Assembly: GCA_027491435.1 (NCBI GenBank)
Contig: JAOZFG010000017.1
Span: 32,001-96,000, forward strand
DNA length: 64,000 nucleotides
Source: Thermoproteota archaeon
Lineage (GTDB): Archaea; Korarchaeota; Korarchaeia; Korarchaeales; Korarchaeaceae
Direction: 5' to 3'
The notes below the pieces were generated by a model. It made no database searches and was not told where the DNA came from. It saw only the letters and a list, made by a program, of their open reading frames with translations. Positions 20,120 to 29,877 of the stretch are shown here, piece by piece (positions within the stretch are counted from its first letter, which is position 1; each line of letters starts with the position of its first letter). The translations under genes were made by a program, and so were the position numbers.

Positions 20120-20897
20120 TCCCGTATCATCTGTGATGAGGAGCCCTGTTATAACCATTGATAAGGGATCTGAGGTGGGAGAGGCCCTAGAGCTCATGGA
20201 GAGAGAGGGGATAAATCACCTGGTGGTAACCTCAGGCGACAGGGTAGTGGGGGTCGTAAGCGTTAGGGATATAATGGAGGGCCTTGGATCTTCCAGATTT
20301 GGCAAGATACCGGCTAGAAGGATTTACGTGAGCTCCGTGATGACTGAACCGCCGATCACTATAGAGGTGAACAACAGCATAAGGGAGGCGATAGAGACCA
20401 TGTTAAGCAAGGGTATTAGCTCCCTACCAGTGATAGATGACGGTCAGCTGGCAGGCATAGTCACCGAAACTGACCTGATAAGGTACATGGACAGGGATGA
20501 TGATATATCAGGCCTTGTAAAGGCAGACCATCCTAAGGTGATGCCCACTGACAGGATAGTGCATGCCAGAAACATAATGTTGGAGAGGGGTGCTAGAATC
20601 CTGCCAGTGGTTGATCAGGGTAAACTGGTGGGGCTTGTGACTGAAATTTCATTAGCCAAGGCGTTTTATGATATAAGAGAGGAGATAGACCCAACTTATA
20701 TGGATAACGTGGCCAGAAGGGTTCTTGTCGAGGACATAATGGTTGAGGCTCCTAAGAAGGCTGTAAAGGGACAAAGGCTTAAGGCTGTGAGGGACCTGTT
20801 CGTGAAAACGGGACTTCCAGCTATACCAGTGGTCGGCGAAGACAACTCGGTGGTTGGGGTGATAAGCAGGAAGAGCCTCCTCAGGCTCCTGTTATAG
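20106..20897 (+). CDS. four-CBS-domain protein
   Basis: Four CBS repeats (GVVSVRDI, GIVTETDL and others). Confidence 0.9.
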   Translation: MRLTDPVSSVMRSPVITIDKGSEVGEALELMEREGINHLVVTSGDRVVGVVSVRDIMEGLGSSRFGKIPARRIYVSSVMTEPPITIEVNNSIREAIETMLSKGISSLPVIDDGQLAGIVTETDLIRYMDRDDDISGLVKADHPKVMPTDRIVHARNIMLERGARILPVVDQGKLVGLVTEISLAKAFYDIREEIDPTYMDNVARRVLVEDIMVEAPKKAVKGQRLKAVRDLFVKTGLPAIPVVGEDNSVVGVISRKSLLRLLL

Positions 20898-21720
20898 GGT
20901 CCAGCAGCATGCCCAGAAGGCCTAAGAACATCGCCAATTTCAGCATAGAGCTCACATTCCTCGCATTTTCTACCCTCAGCTCCGCCCCCTTAATTGCGAC
21001 TTTTATCAGAATAAGTGAGGAGAGTACCACAGAGAGTATTGCGTAAGTCATGCCGACCATGCCCATTGCCAGGGGGATTGCTGATAGAAATGCTGAAGCT
21101 ACCGCCAGCAGGGCCACAACCCGCCCTGACCTCTTAAAGCCGTACCTTACTGCGAAGGTCTTAAGGCCATAGGCCTTATCTCCCTCTATATCTTCTACAG
21201 TTTTCACTATCTCTCTGGCCAAGTTTGAAGTGAAGGCCACCGAGGAGAAGAGGACTACCTTGAGGTTTAACTCTCCAGCGGCCAAGGAGCCGAATATTAA
21301 GGTGAAGGCTACTCCCAAGCTCACCAGCACGTTACCAGGCAATCCGGTTCCCTTCAGCTTCCAGGCGTAAATGTACCAGGCTATTGAGAAGAGCGCCGCT
21401 ATGACCACCTCCTCCAGGCCAAGAGTAACAGAGGTTAATACTCCTGCGATAGAGAATATCACGTATACTAGCTTAGCTTCCTCTAAGGACATTTGCCCTG
21501 AGGGTATTGGCCTGTCCGGTTTGTTAATTTTATCTATGGGAGCGTCGAAGTAGTCGTTTATCGCGTTGCCTCCCATCAGCACAAGGGGAGGAACCGCTGC
21601 AGCTAATAAGAGGCGCCAGTTTAATTCTGTAGTTACAGCAAGCCAACCAACAATTACGCCTATAGCAGACATTATAGCGTTCTTAGGCCTTAAGAGTCTC
21701 AGCAAACCCTTCAGAGTCAT
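20881..21720 (-). CDS. digeranylgeranylglyceryl phosphate synthase (UbiA family)
   Basis: NDYFD..IDKINKP.RPIPSG and REIVK..EDIEGD motifs. Confidence 0.9.
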   Translation of the reverse strand: MTLKGLLRLLRPKNAIMSAIGVIVGWLAVTTELNWRLLLAAAVPPLVLMGGNAINDYFDAPIDKINKPDRPIPSGQMSLEEAKLVYVIFSIAGVLTSVTLGLEEVVIAALFSIAWYIYAWKLKGTGLPGNVLVSLGVAFTLIFGSLAAGELNLKVVLFSSVAFTSNLAREIVKTVEDIEGDKAYGLKTFAVRYGFKRSGRVVALLAVASAFLSAIPLAMGMVGMTYAILSVVLSSLILIKVAIKGAELRVENARNVSSMLKLAMFLGLLGMLLDPITGA

Positions 21721-21781
21721 TTTCCAATAGAACGTTGAGAACTTATTTTTATAATAACCATTAGTTTCGAGGTGTCCTCAG

Positions 21782-22723
21782 TTGGTAGTCAGGGTAGGAG
21801 TTATAGGTTGTGGTTGGTTCGGGTCAGCGCACGCTAGGGTCTACAGGCAGATAGGCGAAGCTGAACTAGTAGCCGTAATGGATAAGGATCCTGTAGCCGC
21901 TAGGAGGTTGGGTGAGCTTTACCACATAAATTATTACACGTCCATAGAGGAGATGTTCCGTAAGGAGGAGCTAGACGCTGTTAGCGTGGTGGTTACTCCA
22001 CAGAAACTGTTCGAAACTTCTATGAAGGTTATAGAGCATGGAGCCTCTCTGCTAGTTGAGAAGCCGGTAGTCGTCAGCAGGGATGAGCTATCTAAGTTCG
22101 TGAACGCTGTGAAGAGGAGTGACGTGATATTCATGCCGGGCTTTATTGAACTCTTTAACCTAGCGGTTGTTAAGGCTAAGGAGCTGATGGATAGGGGTGA
22201 GATTGGCGAGATACTGGCCTTGTGGTCCAGGAGGGTAGGGAGAACTCCTAAGAAAAAGCTAGGATGGAAGATAGGCGTCTCTCTTGACTTAGCGGTGCAT
22301 GAAGTCTACGTTTACAACAGATTAATGGGGGGTAGGCCGAACCACATCGCCTCCTTCACCGCCAAGGTGTTAAACGAGGGAGGTGAGGGCGAAGACTTGG
22401 CCATCTTCATAATGGAATACGGAAGAGTTGTGGGCAGCATAGAGACCAACTGGTTAACCCCCGTGGGCATAAGAGAGCTCCTAATATCTGGAGAGACAGG
22501 TACCTTGATAGTTAACTACGTGAATCAGGCTGTTGAGGTGAACAAGGGTGACGTAAGCGTGATCCCTAAGTACAGGAAAAAGGAGACTCTCTTGAGCGAA
22601 TTAGAGTATTTCGTGACTCACGTTAAGATGGGTGAGAGACCAGATATAGGCATAGAGATGACTAAGGAGGTTTTAGGAACGTTATTTGACGGATTGGAGA
22701 GCAGCATACCGCTGGGGAAATAA
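21782..22723 (+). CDS. Gfo/Idh/MocA family NAD(P)-dependent oxidoreductase
   Basis: GCGWFG..H, LVEKP, DLAVHE motifs. Confidence 0.88.
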   Translation: MVVRVGVIGCGWFGSAHARVYRQIGEAELVAVMDKDPVAARRLGELYHINYYTSIEEMFRKEELDAVSVVVTPQKLFETSMKVIEHGASLLVEKPVVVSRDELSKFVNAVKRSDVIFMPGFIELFNLAVVKAKELMDRGEIGEILALWSRRVGRTPKKKLGWKIGVSLDLAVHEVYVYNRLMGGRPNHIASFTAKVLNEGGEGEDLAIFIMEYGRVVGSIETNWLTPVGIRELLISGETGTLIVNYVNQAVEVNKGDVSVIPKYRKKETLLSELEYFVTHVKMGERPDIGIEMTKEVLGTLFDGLESSIPLGK

Positions 22724-22724
22724 C

Positions 22725-23780
22725 ATGAGGGGGGTCTTAGTAGGTAAGTACGTGTACGTGGAGGAGAAGGTGGATAAGCTCTATAAGCAGGGGTTCGGAG
22801 AGCTATCTGGAGGTAAATTAGAGCTCCACGTAGCTGAAGCTACTTACTTAGCTCATACAGGCAGGTTGAAGGTGTATGAAGGCGACAGGGAGTTGGGTGT
22901 ATCGGACCTCCTGTTGATGCTTGAGGGAGACCAGTTCGTCAAGTACGTGGCTTATTCAGATCTCCGTAGGAAGGGAAGGGTTGTCGTTTACGAGAGGGCC
23001 ACTGAGTTCCTCAGGTTGTACCCAAAGGGGAGGAGGGTTGGAGATGCACCCGCCAAGGAGCTAGTCTTTCCTCTATCAGAGGACAGCCTAGTTAAGCATA
23101 AGCTCATACTTGACGTCGTGGAGAAGGTGGCTAGGTTGAGGAAGAGGCTTGTGCTGGCTGTGGTTGATGATGAGATGAACGTCACCTACTACACGGCTGA
23201 GAACTTCATGCCGGAGAAGAGGGAGCCTAGCTGGAGAGTCCCGGAAGGCGAGTTTCGAGGTTACCTTGTGGGAGATAGAGTCTTAGTGGTGGATGGCGGG
23301 TCTCTATACAAAGAGGGCTTCTGGGGCCATCCCCTGGGAGTTGAAAAGCCAAGGCCCGGGGAGTTGTATGATGCTCCTTTGCAGCTCACCCTGATAGAGG
23401 CTATTTACCTCATCAGGAAGGGGGCTTTGACTGTTTACTCCGGAAAAAAGGTTATGACCGCTGAGGAACTCGGTAAACTGCATGAGAAGATAAGGGAGAG
23501 GGGCAAGGTTAAGGAGAGGGTCTTCGCCTACTGGAGGGACTTGGGTTACGTACCAAAGGCAGGATCTAAGTTCGGGGCGGACTTCTTAGTTTACGAGAAG
23601 GGACCCGGGCTAGAACACGCCCCTTACCTGTGCATCTCTGGGGGTGTAGAAGAGGAAGTCAGGCCAGTGGACCTAATAAGGGCGGGAAGGCTAGCCACGT
23701 CCGTCAGGAAGGACTTGGTAGTGTCTTTGATTTCAGGTAACAGGGTCATCAGTTACAGGATTAAGTGGTTCAAACCCTGA
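22725..23780 (+). CDS. endA: tRNA-intron endonuclease, two fused units
   Basis: Duplicated units; catalytic unit has G.KFGADFLVY..GP..EHA and VRK. Confidence 0.93.
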   Translation: MRGVLVGKYVYVEEKVDKLYKQGFGELSGGKLELHVAEATYLAHTGRLKVYEGDRELGVSDLLLMLEGDQFVKYVAYSDLRRKGRVVVYERATEFLRLYPKGRRVGDAPAKELVFPLSEDSLVKHKLILDVVEKVARLRKRLVLAVVDDEMNVTYYTAENFMPEKREPSWRVPEGEFRGYLVGDRVLVVDGGSLYKEGFWGHPLGVEKPRPGELYDAPLQLTLIEAIYLIRKGALTVYSGKKVMTAEELGKLHEKIRERGKVKERVFAYWRDLGYVPKAGSKFGADFLVYEKGPGLEHAPYLCISGGVEEEVRPVDLIRAGRLATSVRKDLVVSLISGNRVISYRIKWFKP

Positions 23781-24197
23781 TAGCGTCTTCTGCTTCCCTA
23801 TTGCTATGGAGGCGAAAGTCCTCGCATCTATCCCCTTACTTTTCGCCGTTTCGAGGTCGACTATAGCGCCAGCATTAGTTATTCTAGCATCTTCCAGTTT
23901 TACCATGAAGAACTTACCCCTCTCCTTAGAGAACTTGATAGCTATCCAGCTCTCAGCTCCCATCATGGCTGATAACTTCTGTAGGGAGTCAACCTCTTCC
24001 TTCCTTATGTAAACGTAATCCTTAGAGGTCGTCTTAACCTCTATCACGAATATCCTGCCGTCAACGGCTGCTATCAGGTCTGTTGATGGGTGGCTTGTGG
24101 AACCGCTTCCCGCCACCCTTAGGGTGGCCAGCCCGCCCCTCCAGAAGAGGTCCATTAGCTCCCTTTCGGCCCTTATGCCTTTGGCCTTCCTCCTCAT
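23733..24197 (-). CDS. hjc: Holliday junction resolvase Hjc
   Basis: G...EREL, R.AGSG, DLIA, IEVK motifs. Confidence 0.92.
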   Translation of the reverse strand: MRRKAKGIRAERELMDLFWRGGLATLRVAGSGSTSHPSTDLIAAVDGRIFVIEVKTTSKDYVYIRKEEVDSLQKLSAMMGAESWIAIKFSKERGKFFMVKLEDARITNAGAIVDLETAKSKGIDARTFASIAIGKQKTLSGFEPLNPVTDDPVT

Positions 24198-24198
24198 T

Positions 24199-25098
24199 TC
24201 ATTCGCCCGTCAAGCGAATGGCGCCTTCCGAGGTCACTAGTACAGTGTCCTCGTATTGAGCCACCACTTTACCGGAGTGTTCCACCAGGGGAGGGTAAGC
24301 TATAAGAGCCCCCCTCCTTACTAGCCTGAGCAGGGCGTAATTAACCCTGTGTCCTAGCTCACTCACCAGCCACCTTTCACAAAACGGAAGCTTTGAGAAC
24401 TTGTTTATTGCTAGCTTTTGAATCTTCCTTTCAATCTCATCCCTAGTACCTACCTTCTTCCTGATGGAGAAGATGTACGGCTCCCCTTGCTGTACCACCT
24501 CACCCCTAGCATTTGGAAGCGTTGCGAACGGCTCTATAGCAAAAACATCCCCTTCTTTAAACTTGTAGACTCCTCTGACAGGGACGTTAGGTATATCTAC
24601 ACCTGCATGAAGCTTGAAAGGCTCTATCTTGTGCCCTGACAGGTTTCTTATCGGCTTGAAGCCCGCTGATACTATGGTATCGTAGATAACCTCGCTGACA
24701 TCCCTCACCCTAACCCCAGGCTTAATAACGCTTATCGCCTTATCCAAGGCATCCCTAACGACCTCGGATAGCTCAACTAAGTTGTCATCCAGAACAGCCG
24801 GCCTCGCCATGTCCACGATTAACCCTCCTGAGTGGGCCCCAGCGTCCAGCTTAATTATCCCGGGTATTATTCTGAGGTCGTCTTCTGGAGGAGAGGTGTA
24901 GTGGGCGGCCGTCTCGTTAATTGACAGGTTCGTTGGAAAGGCTGGTTTGAATCCAGCCTCAACTATCCTCCGTTCCACCTCTTCAACTATGGAGATTACT
25001 AGATCGCCCTCTTGTATTCTGGAGGCCACGTCTTTAACGATGTAACTTACCACTTCCCCCAGCTTAAGGTAATTATTCAGGGCGTCTTCATCTAACAT
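24199..25098 (-). CDS. map: methionine aminopeptidase type II
   Basis: AFP..LS.N..AAHY, KLD.G.H, NL.GH, FAIEPF, AQ.E.T. Confidence 0.95.
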   Translation of the reverse strand: MLDEDALNNYLKLGEVVSYIVKDVASRIQEGDLVISIVEEVERRIVEAGFKPAFPTNLSINETAAHYTSPPEDDLRIIPGIIKLDAGAHSGGLIVDMARPAVLDDNLVELSEVVRDALDKAISVIKPGVRVRDVSEVIYDTIVSAGFKPIRNLSGHKIEPFKLHAGVDIPNVPVRGVYKFKEGDVFAIEPFATLPNARGEVVQQGEPYIFSIRKKVGTRDEIERKIQKLAINKFSKLPFCERWLVSELGHRVNYALLRLVRRGALIAYPPLVEHSGKVVAQYEDTVLVTSEGAIRLTGE

Positions 25099-25145
25099 AC
25101 GGTGTGTGAATCCTGGTGGAATTTAAAGAGGTTGTGGGGAGCGAA

Positions 25146-25766
25146 ATGCTGTGGGTAAAGGTACATGAACGCTGTGAAAGATGTTACGAATTGGCTATCA
25201 ACGTTTTAGAGAAAGGAGGTCTCATAATATATCCCACTGACACGGCTTACGGTTTAGGAGCCGATATAAGACAGGAGGACGCCGTGCTTAAGGTTTATAG
25301 GGTGAAGAGGCGCCCTTTAAGTAAACCCCTGACCATAGCTTTGGCCAGCGTTGAAATGATACCTGAGTACGCGGAGGTGGATGAGAGGCTCCTCAAGTTC
25401 ATTTCCAGATTTCTCCCTGGCAGGGTCACTTTCATATTGAGGAAGAAGGGCTCTGTTCCTGACCTAGTTAACCCCAAGGCAATAGGGATCAGGGTTCCAG
25501 ACAATGAAGTGGCGCTAGAGCTTATAAGGAGGTTTGGAAGAGCCATCACAGCTACTAGCGCTAACTTGAGTGGAAGGCCCCCTAAGTATAGGGTCAGCGA
25601 CGTGGTGAAGGAGATAAGGGTAGATCTAGCCCTAGATATTGGTGATCTAGGGAGGACGGAGCCCTCCACCATAGTCGAGCTTATTACTGGGAAGCCCAAG
25701 TTAATCAGAGAGGGGCCTGTGCCCTTTCAGGAGATAGTGAGGGCCTACAGGGAGGAGTTCTCTTGA
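25146..25766 (+). CDS. tsaC: threonylcarbamoyl-AMP synthase (single-domain TsaC/Sua5)
   Basis: YPTDTAYGL, K.R...KP, TSANLSG, STIV. Confidence 0.93.
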   Translation: MLWVKVHERCERCYELAINVLEKGGLIIYPTDTAYGLGADIRQEDAVLKVYRVKRRPLSKPLTIALASVEMIPEYAEVDERLLKFISRFLPGRVTFILRKKGSVPDLVNPKAIGIRVPDNEVALELIRRFGRAITATSANLSGRPPKYRVSDVVKEIRVDLALDIGDLGRTEPSTIVELITGKPKLIREGPVPFQEIVRAYREEFS

Positions 25767-26740
25767 TAGCCCTGGGCATTGAGTCTACCGCTCACACTTT
25801 CGGGGTTGGAATAGTGGATGAGGAGGGTAACATCCTAGCCAACGTTTACGACACTTACAGATCTGAGACTGGGGGGATGAGGCCCTTCGACGTAGCTGAA
25901 CACCACTCCAAAGTCGCCGTTGAGGTGATAAGAGAAGCCTTGAGAGAGGCTGGAGTTACTTTGGACGAAATAAGCGTTATAGGGTTCTCTAGAGGCCCGG
26001 GAATAGGACAACCACTTCAAATAGGGGCTGTAGTAGCTAGATCTCTTGCTATAACAGCTAAAAAGCCGTTAGTAGGCGTTAATCATCCCCTCGCCCACGT
26101 TGAGATAGGAAGGAAGGTAGCCAAGAGCTACGATCCAGTTGCTCTGTACGTTTCAGGAGGAAATACACAGGTTATAACCCACTCCGGAGATAGGTACGTA
26201 GTTTTAGGGGAGACTCTGGATATAGGGATAGGTAACGCTCAAGAGAAGCTCGGGAGGGAAGTAGGACTCCCCTTTCCAGCGGGCCCTCACTTAGATAGGA
26301 TAAGGGGGAGCTGGGTTCCCTTGCCTTATGTAGTCAAGGGTATGGACCTCTCTTTTAGCGGGCTGGTCACCGAGGCGGTGAGGAGGATAAAGAAAGGGGA
26401 AGGAGTAGAAGACGTGCTTTGGAGCTTTATGGAGGTGGCCTTCTCCATGTTAATAGAGGTAGCTGAGAGGGCCTTGGCCATGACTGATAAGAAGGAACTT
26501 TTGCTGGTAGGAGGAGTAGCGGCCTCTCCTAGACTTAAGGAGAAGGCAGAGATCATGTGCAGGGAGAGGGGAGCTACTCTGAAGACTGTACCTCCTAAAC
26601 TAGCCAGGGACAACGGAGCTATGATAGCGTGGACCTCGATACTAGCTTATAAGGTATTCGGGGCTGATAGGCCGGAGCGCACCCACGTGCTCCCGGACTG
26701 GAGGATAGACGACATAAGGTGGCCTCTATTGGAGGTGTAG
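25763..26740 (+). CDS. kae1: KEOPS t6A synthase Kae1
   Basis: GIESTAHT, H...HVE, YVSGGNTQ, DNGAMIA. Confidence 0.96.
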   Translation: MIALGIESTAHTFGVGIVDEEGNILANVYDTYRSETGGMRPFDVAEHHSKVAVEVIREALREAGVTLDEISVIGFSRGPGIGQPLQIGAVVARSLAITAKKPLVGVNHPLAHVEIGRKVAKSYDPVALYVSGGNTQVITHSGDRYVVLGETLDIGIGNAQEKLGREVGLPFPAGPHLDRIRGSWVPLPYVVKGMDLSFSGLVTEAVRRIKKGEGVEDVLWSFMEVAFSMLIEVAERALAMTDKKELLLVGGVAASPRLKEKAEIMCRERGATLKTVPPKLARDNGAMIAWTSILAYKVFGADRPERTHVLPDWRIDDIRWPLLEV

Positions 26741-26742
26741 AG

Positions 26743-27318
26743 ATGAGAAAGTTCAACATATGTCTATCTGGACTTACTGGAAGCGGTAAGAGCACTTTAG
26801 CCAAGAGGTTGGCCCAGAAGTATAACCTAAGGAGGGTCTCCGGCGGGGACATATTGAAGCAATTGATAGGAGGGAAAGAGAGCTTAAGAGACCCGGGCTG
26901 GTGGGAGAGAGATACAGGAAAGGCGGCCATGGAAGTTAGAAAGAGGGATCACACGATAGACTTGGAGGTAGACAGGAGGCTCTCCATGCTAGCTGAAGAG
27001 GGGGGATATGTGCTCGACTCGTGGACCATGGCCTACTTGCTCAAAGGCGATAAGTGTGTCAAAATATTCTTGAAGGCTGACATTGAGGTCAGAGCTAGGA
27101 GAGTATCTAGGAGAGATGGAATATCTTTTGAGGAAGCTCTGGAAAAAATAAGACAGAAAGATGAGGAAACCTACATGATATACAGGGAAATATACGGGTT
27201 CAGGTTAGGGGAAGATTTGACACCATTTCACCTGGTATTAGACACCTCTAAGCTGGGACAGGACGATGTGTTTGAAATAGTTACTAAATTTGTGGACGCC
27301 TGGTTGAGGAGGGCGTAA
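26743..27318 (+). CDS. cmk: cytidylate kinase (archaeal type)
   Basis: SGLTGSGKST P-loop, D...D, R.RR..RRD, Y..IYG. Confidence 0.85.
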   Translation: MRKFNICLSGLTGSGKSTLAKRLAQKYNLRRVSGGDILKQLIGGKESLRDPGWWERDTGKAAMEVRKRDHTIDLEVDRRLSMLAEEGGYVLDSWTMAYLLKGDKCVKIFLKADIEVRARRVSRRDGISFEEALEKIRQKDEETYMIYREIYGFRLGEDLTPFHLVLDTSKLGQDDVFEIVTKFVDAWLRRA

Positions 27319-27357
27319 TTTATTACCGGGAAAATTTCGATTAATAGTGAAGGGATC

Positions 27358-28230
27358 ATGACGTACCAAGACTTGCTAGATGAGGTAGAGACCCTCTGTT
27401 CAAAGGAGGGAATCGTAGGCAGAAGGGAGGAAATAGCTAAGATCCTGCTGGCAGCTAAGGCGGGGAAGCACGTGTTGCTTGAGGGACCAGTAGGGGTTGG
27501 AAAGACGTTCCTAGCCAGGGCCGTCGCCAACTACTTGTCAAGGGATTTCATAAGGGTTGAGGGAGACGAGAGAATAACCGAAAATAAGTTAATAGGTTAC
27601 TGGGATCCGCCGATGGTCTTAAAAAAAGGATACGTTGAGGAGGCCTTCGTGCCCGGCCCCCTGACCAGGGCTGCGCTATCCGGAGGGGTACTATTTATAA
27701 ATGAACTTAACAGATTGCCCGAATCCGCACAAAATGCCTTACTTCCTGTAATGGACGAGGGGATAATTTACGTGCCTCATCTAGGCTCCTTAAGGGCCAG
27801 AGATGGGTTCTTAATAATAGCGACTCAAAACCCTGAGGAGAGCGTTGGGGTTACCAGGCTCTCAGAGGCCTTGAGGGACAGGTTCATCTACATATCTCTA
27901 GGGTACCAACCAGCCGAGGAGGAGAAGGATATAGTCATGCAAAACGTGCCGATAAGCGAAGATGAGGCTTGGATAAGCGTTAAAATTGTGAGAAAAACTA
28001 GAGAGCACCCTAGGATAAAGAGAGGAGCTTCTGTGAGAGCTTCTATCGACATAGCTCATCTGGCCAGATCCCTCGAAGGGGACCCGGATAGATGGCTTAA
28101 GTCATCTCTGATGGTCCTTCCTCAGAGAATTGAGCTTAAGGAAGGGCAGAGGGTTAGGGTAGAGCAAGTTATAGAGGAGATAGTCAGGGAAGTCCTTGAG
28201 GGGGAAAGCAGGGAAGAATTTTTTCGATAA
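27358..28230 (+). CDS. MoxR family AAA+ ATPase
   Basis: LLEGPVGVGKT, INELNR, ATQNP, LSEALRDRF. Confidence 0.92.
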   Translation: MTYQDLLDEVETLCSKEGIVGRREEIAKILLAAKAGKHVLLEGPVGVGKTFLARAVANYLSRDFIRVEGDERITENKLIGYWDPPMVLKKGYVEEAFVPGPLTRAALSGGVLFINELNRLPESAQNALLPVMDEGIIYVPHLGSLRARDGFLIIATQNPEESVGVTRLSEALRDRFIYISLGYQPAEEEKDIVMQNVPISEDEAWISVKIVRKTREHPRIKRGASVRASIDIAHLARSLEGDPDRWLKSSLMVLPQRIELKEGQRVRVEQVIEEIVREVLEGESREEFFR

Positions 28231-29230
28231 ATGGGAAGATATCCAGGCGCCTGACTTAATCCCCGCACTTTTTTGGAAGGATCTTGAGAAAATGGATTAC
28301 GAGAAGCTTAAAAAGGTGGTCATCAGGGCGCTAAGCCTCTCTAACACTAAGCTGTTGGTCAAGATAGCGGAGATAAATCATGTGGTGGTGGCTAGGGCCC
28401 TCTCAGAGAGCCTGCATGAGAACTTGCTTGACTCCATCGTAGAGAGGGATCCAGAGTCCTCAATCAGGCTGTATAGGTTAGTCAGGTGGAAGTTAAATGA
28501 GAGAGCCAGGGCATTGTTCAGGAGCTTGCTAAGTAAGGTCATATTAAGGCGCTCGAGGGTATCGATGAACCTCTTTGAGGGCAATGGGAGGGGCAGATAC
28601 TACGGCAGGTATGAAGCAGGGGACGACTTCGAGGTCGAGCTCACCATAGAGAGGTTGATCTCCTCGGGAAAGCCGATAGATCACGTGAGCTACGATGACG
28701 TGGTGGCCATAAAAAGGGGGAAGAGGAGGGGCGGGCTAGTGATAATATTGGATGCCAGCGGCTCCATGTCAGGCAGCAAGATCCTTAGGGCTGCGACGAC
28801 TGCCGCAATAGCCTCGCACTTTGTAGATAAGAGGGAGTTATCTGTGATAGGGTTCAACAATAAGGCATTTTTCATAAAGTCCATTAATGATAAGAAGAGC
28901 ATCAAGAAGGTTGTGGAGGAGATACTGGATATAGTTCCCCTGGGCTATACCAACATGTACGACGCCCTCAGGCTGGCGTTAGAGGAGGGTAGGAGGATGA
29001 AAAACCCATCTTACATACTGTTAACTGATGGAGAGTACAACGTCGGCGGGGATCCCTATGCTCTGGCTGAGAAGATTAGGCTTAACGTCATCTATTTATC
29101 GGATAACAGGAAGAGGGGCAGCAAGACATGTAAAGAATTAGCTGAAGCCGGCGGCGGCAGGTATTACGAGGTGAGAGATGTGAGGAGGATTCCTCACATA
29201 CTGACGGAACTTCTATCGTATGAATATTGA
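28196..29230 (+). CDS. VWA domain protein (MoxR partner)
   Basis: MIDAS motif DASGSM, GYTN, TDGE. Confidence 0.88.
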   Translation: MRGKAGKNFFDKWEDIQAPDLIPALFWKDLEKMDYEKLKKVVIRALSLSNTKLLVKIAEINHVVVARALSESLHENLLDSIVERDPESSIRLYRLVRWKLNERARALFRSLLSKVILRRSRVSMNLFEGNGRGRYYGRYEAGDDFEVELTIERLISSGKPIDHVSYDDVVAIKRGKRRGGLVIILDASGSMSGSKILRAATTAAIASHFVDKRELSVIGFNNKAFFIKSINDKKSIKKVVEEILDIVPLGYTNMYDALRLALEEGRRMKNPSYILLTDGEYNVGGDPYALAEKIRLNVIYLSDNRKRGSKTCKELAEAGGGRYYEVRDVRRIPHILTELLSYEY

Positions 29231-29294
29231 GGAAGGCGTCGACACGTGGCCTCTTATAAAAGTTTATATGGACGAAACCATCACAGACACAAGG

Positions 29295-29384
29295 GCGGGG
29301 GTGGCCGAGATAGGCCTAAGGCGCCAGCCTTAGGAGCTGGTGGGCGTAAGGCCCGCGAGGGTTCAAATCCCTCCCCCCGCACCA
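29295..29384 (+). tRNA. tRNA-Leu(TAG), CCA encoded
   Basis: CCAGC-CT-TAG-GA-GCTGG arm, long variable arm, ends ACCA. Confidence 0.97.
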
Positions 29385-29430
29385 AAAACTGGTTGTCTAA
29401 TTTTCTCTGGATGTTTTAAGAAAATCTGGA

Positions 29431-29507
29431 TGGTGCGGCCGCCGGGATTTGAACCCGGGTCGCCGGCTTGGGGGGCCGGCATCCTGTCCAGGCTAGACCA
29501 CGGCCGC
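29431..29507 (-). tRNA. tRNA-Gly(CCC), CCA encoded, atypical C33
   Basis: GCGGCCG acceptor; CCGGC-CC-CCC-AA-GCCGG arm. Confidence 0.93.
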
Positions 29508-29512
29508 TAAGG

Positions 29513-29590
29513 TGGCGGGCCCGGGGGGACTCGAACCCCCGACCTGCGGCTTAGGAGGCCGCCGCTCTATCCTTGCTGAGCTACGGGCCC
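29513..29590 (-). tRNA. tRNA-Arg(CCT), CCA encoded
   Basis: GCGGC-CT-CCT-AA-GCCGC arm. Confidence 0.97.
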
Positions 29591-29805
29591 AGTAAGATAG
29601 GTAGACCAGGGATTTTAAAAGTTTAGGGTCTGCATATCAGTAACACATATAAAGTAAATAGGAGTTATACGGGTAAATTATTCACTTGACATTTCTATAG
29701 TTCTAATTAACACGAGTTAAGGCTTTATTTGGTTTTATTCCTTTGGTCAGAATGTAAGAAGGGGTCCAGAACGCTTATATCCTTCGTTGGGGTAATATAC
29801 ATGCG

Positions 29806-29877
29806 GCCGGGTTGGCCGAGTGGTTTAGGCAGCGGGCTGCAGACCCGTGGACGGGGGTTCGAATCCCCCACCCGGCT
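29806..29877 (+). tRNA. tRNA-Cys(GCA)
   Basis: GCGGG-CT-GCA-GA-CCCGT arm, U73 discriminator. Confidence 0.96.
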
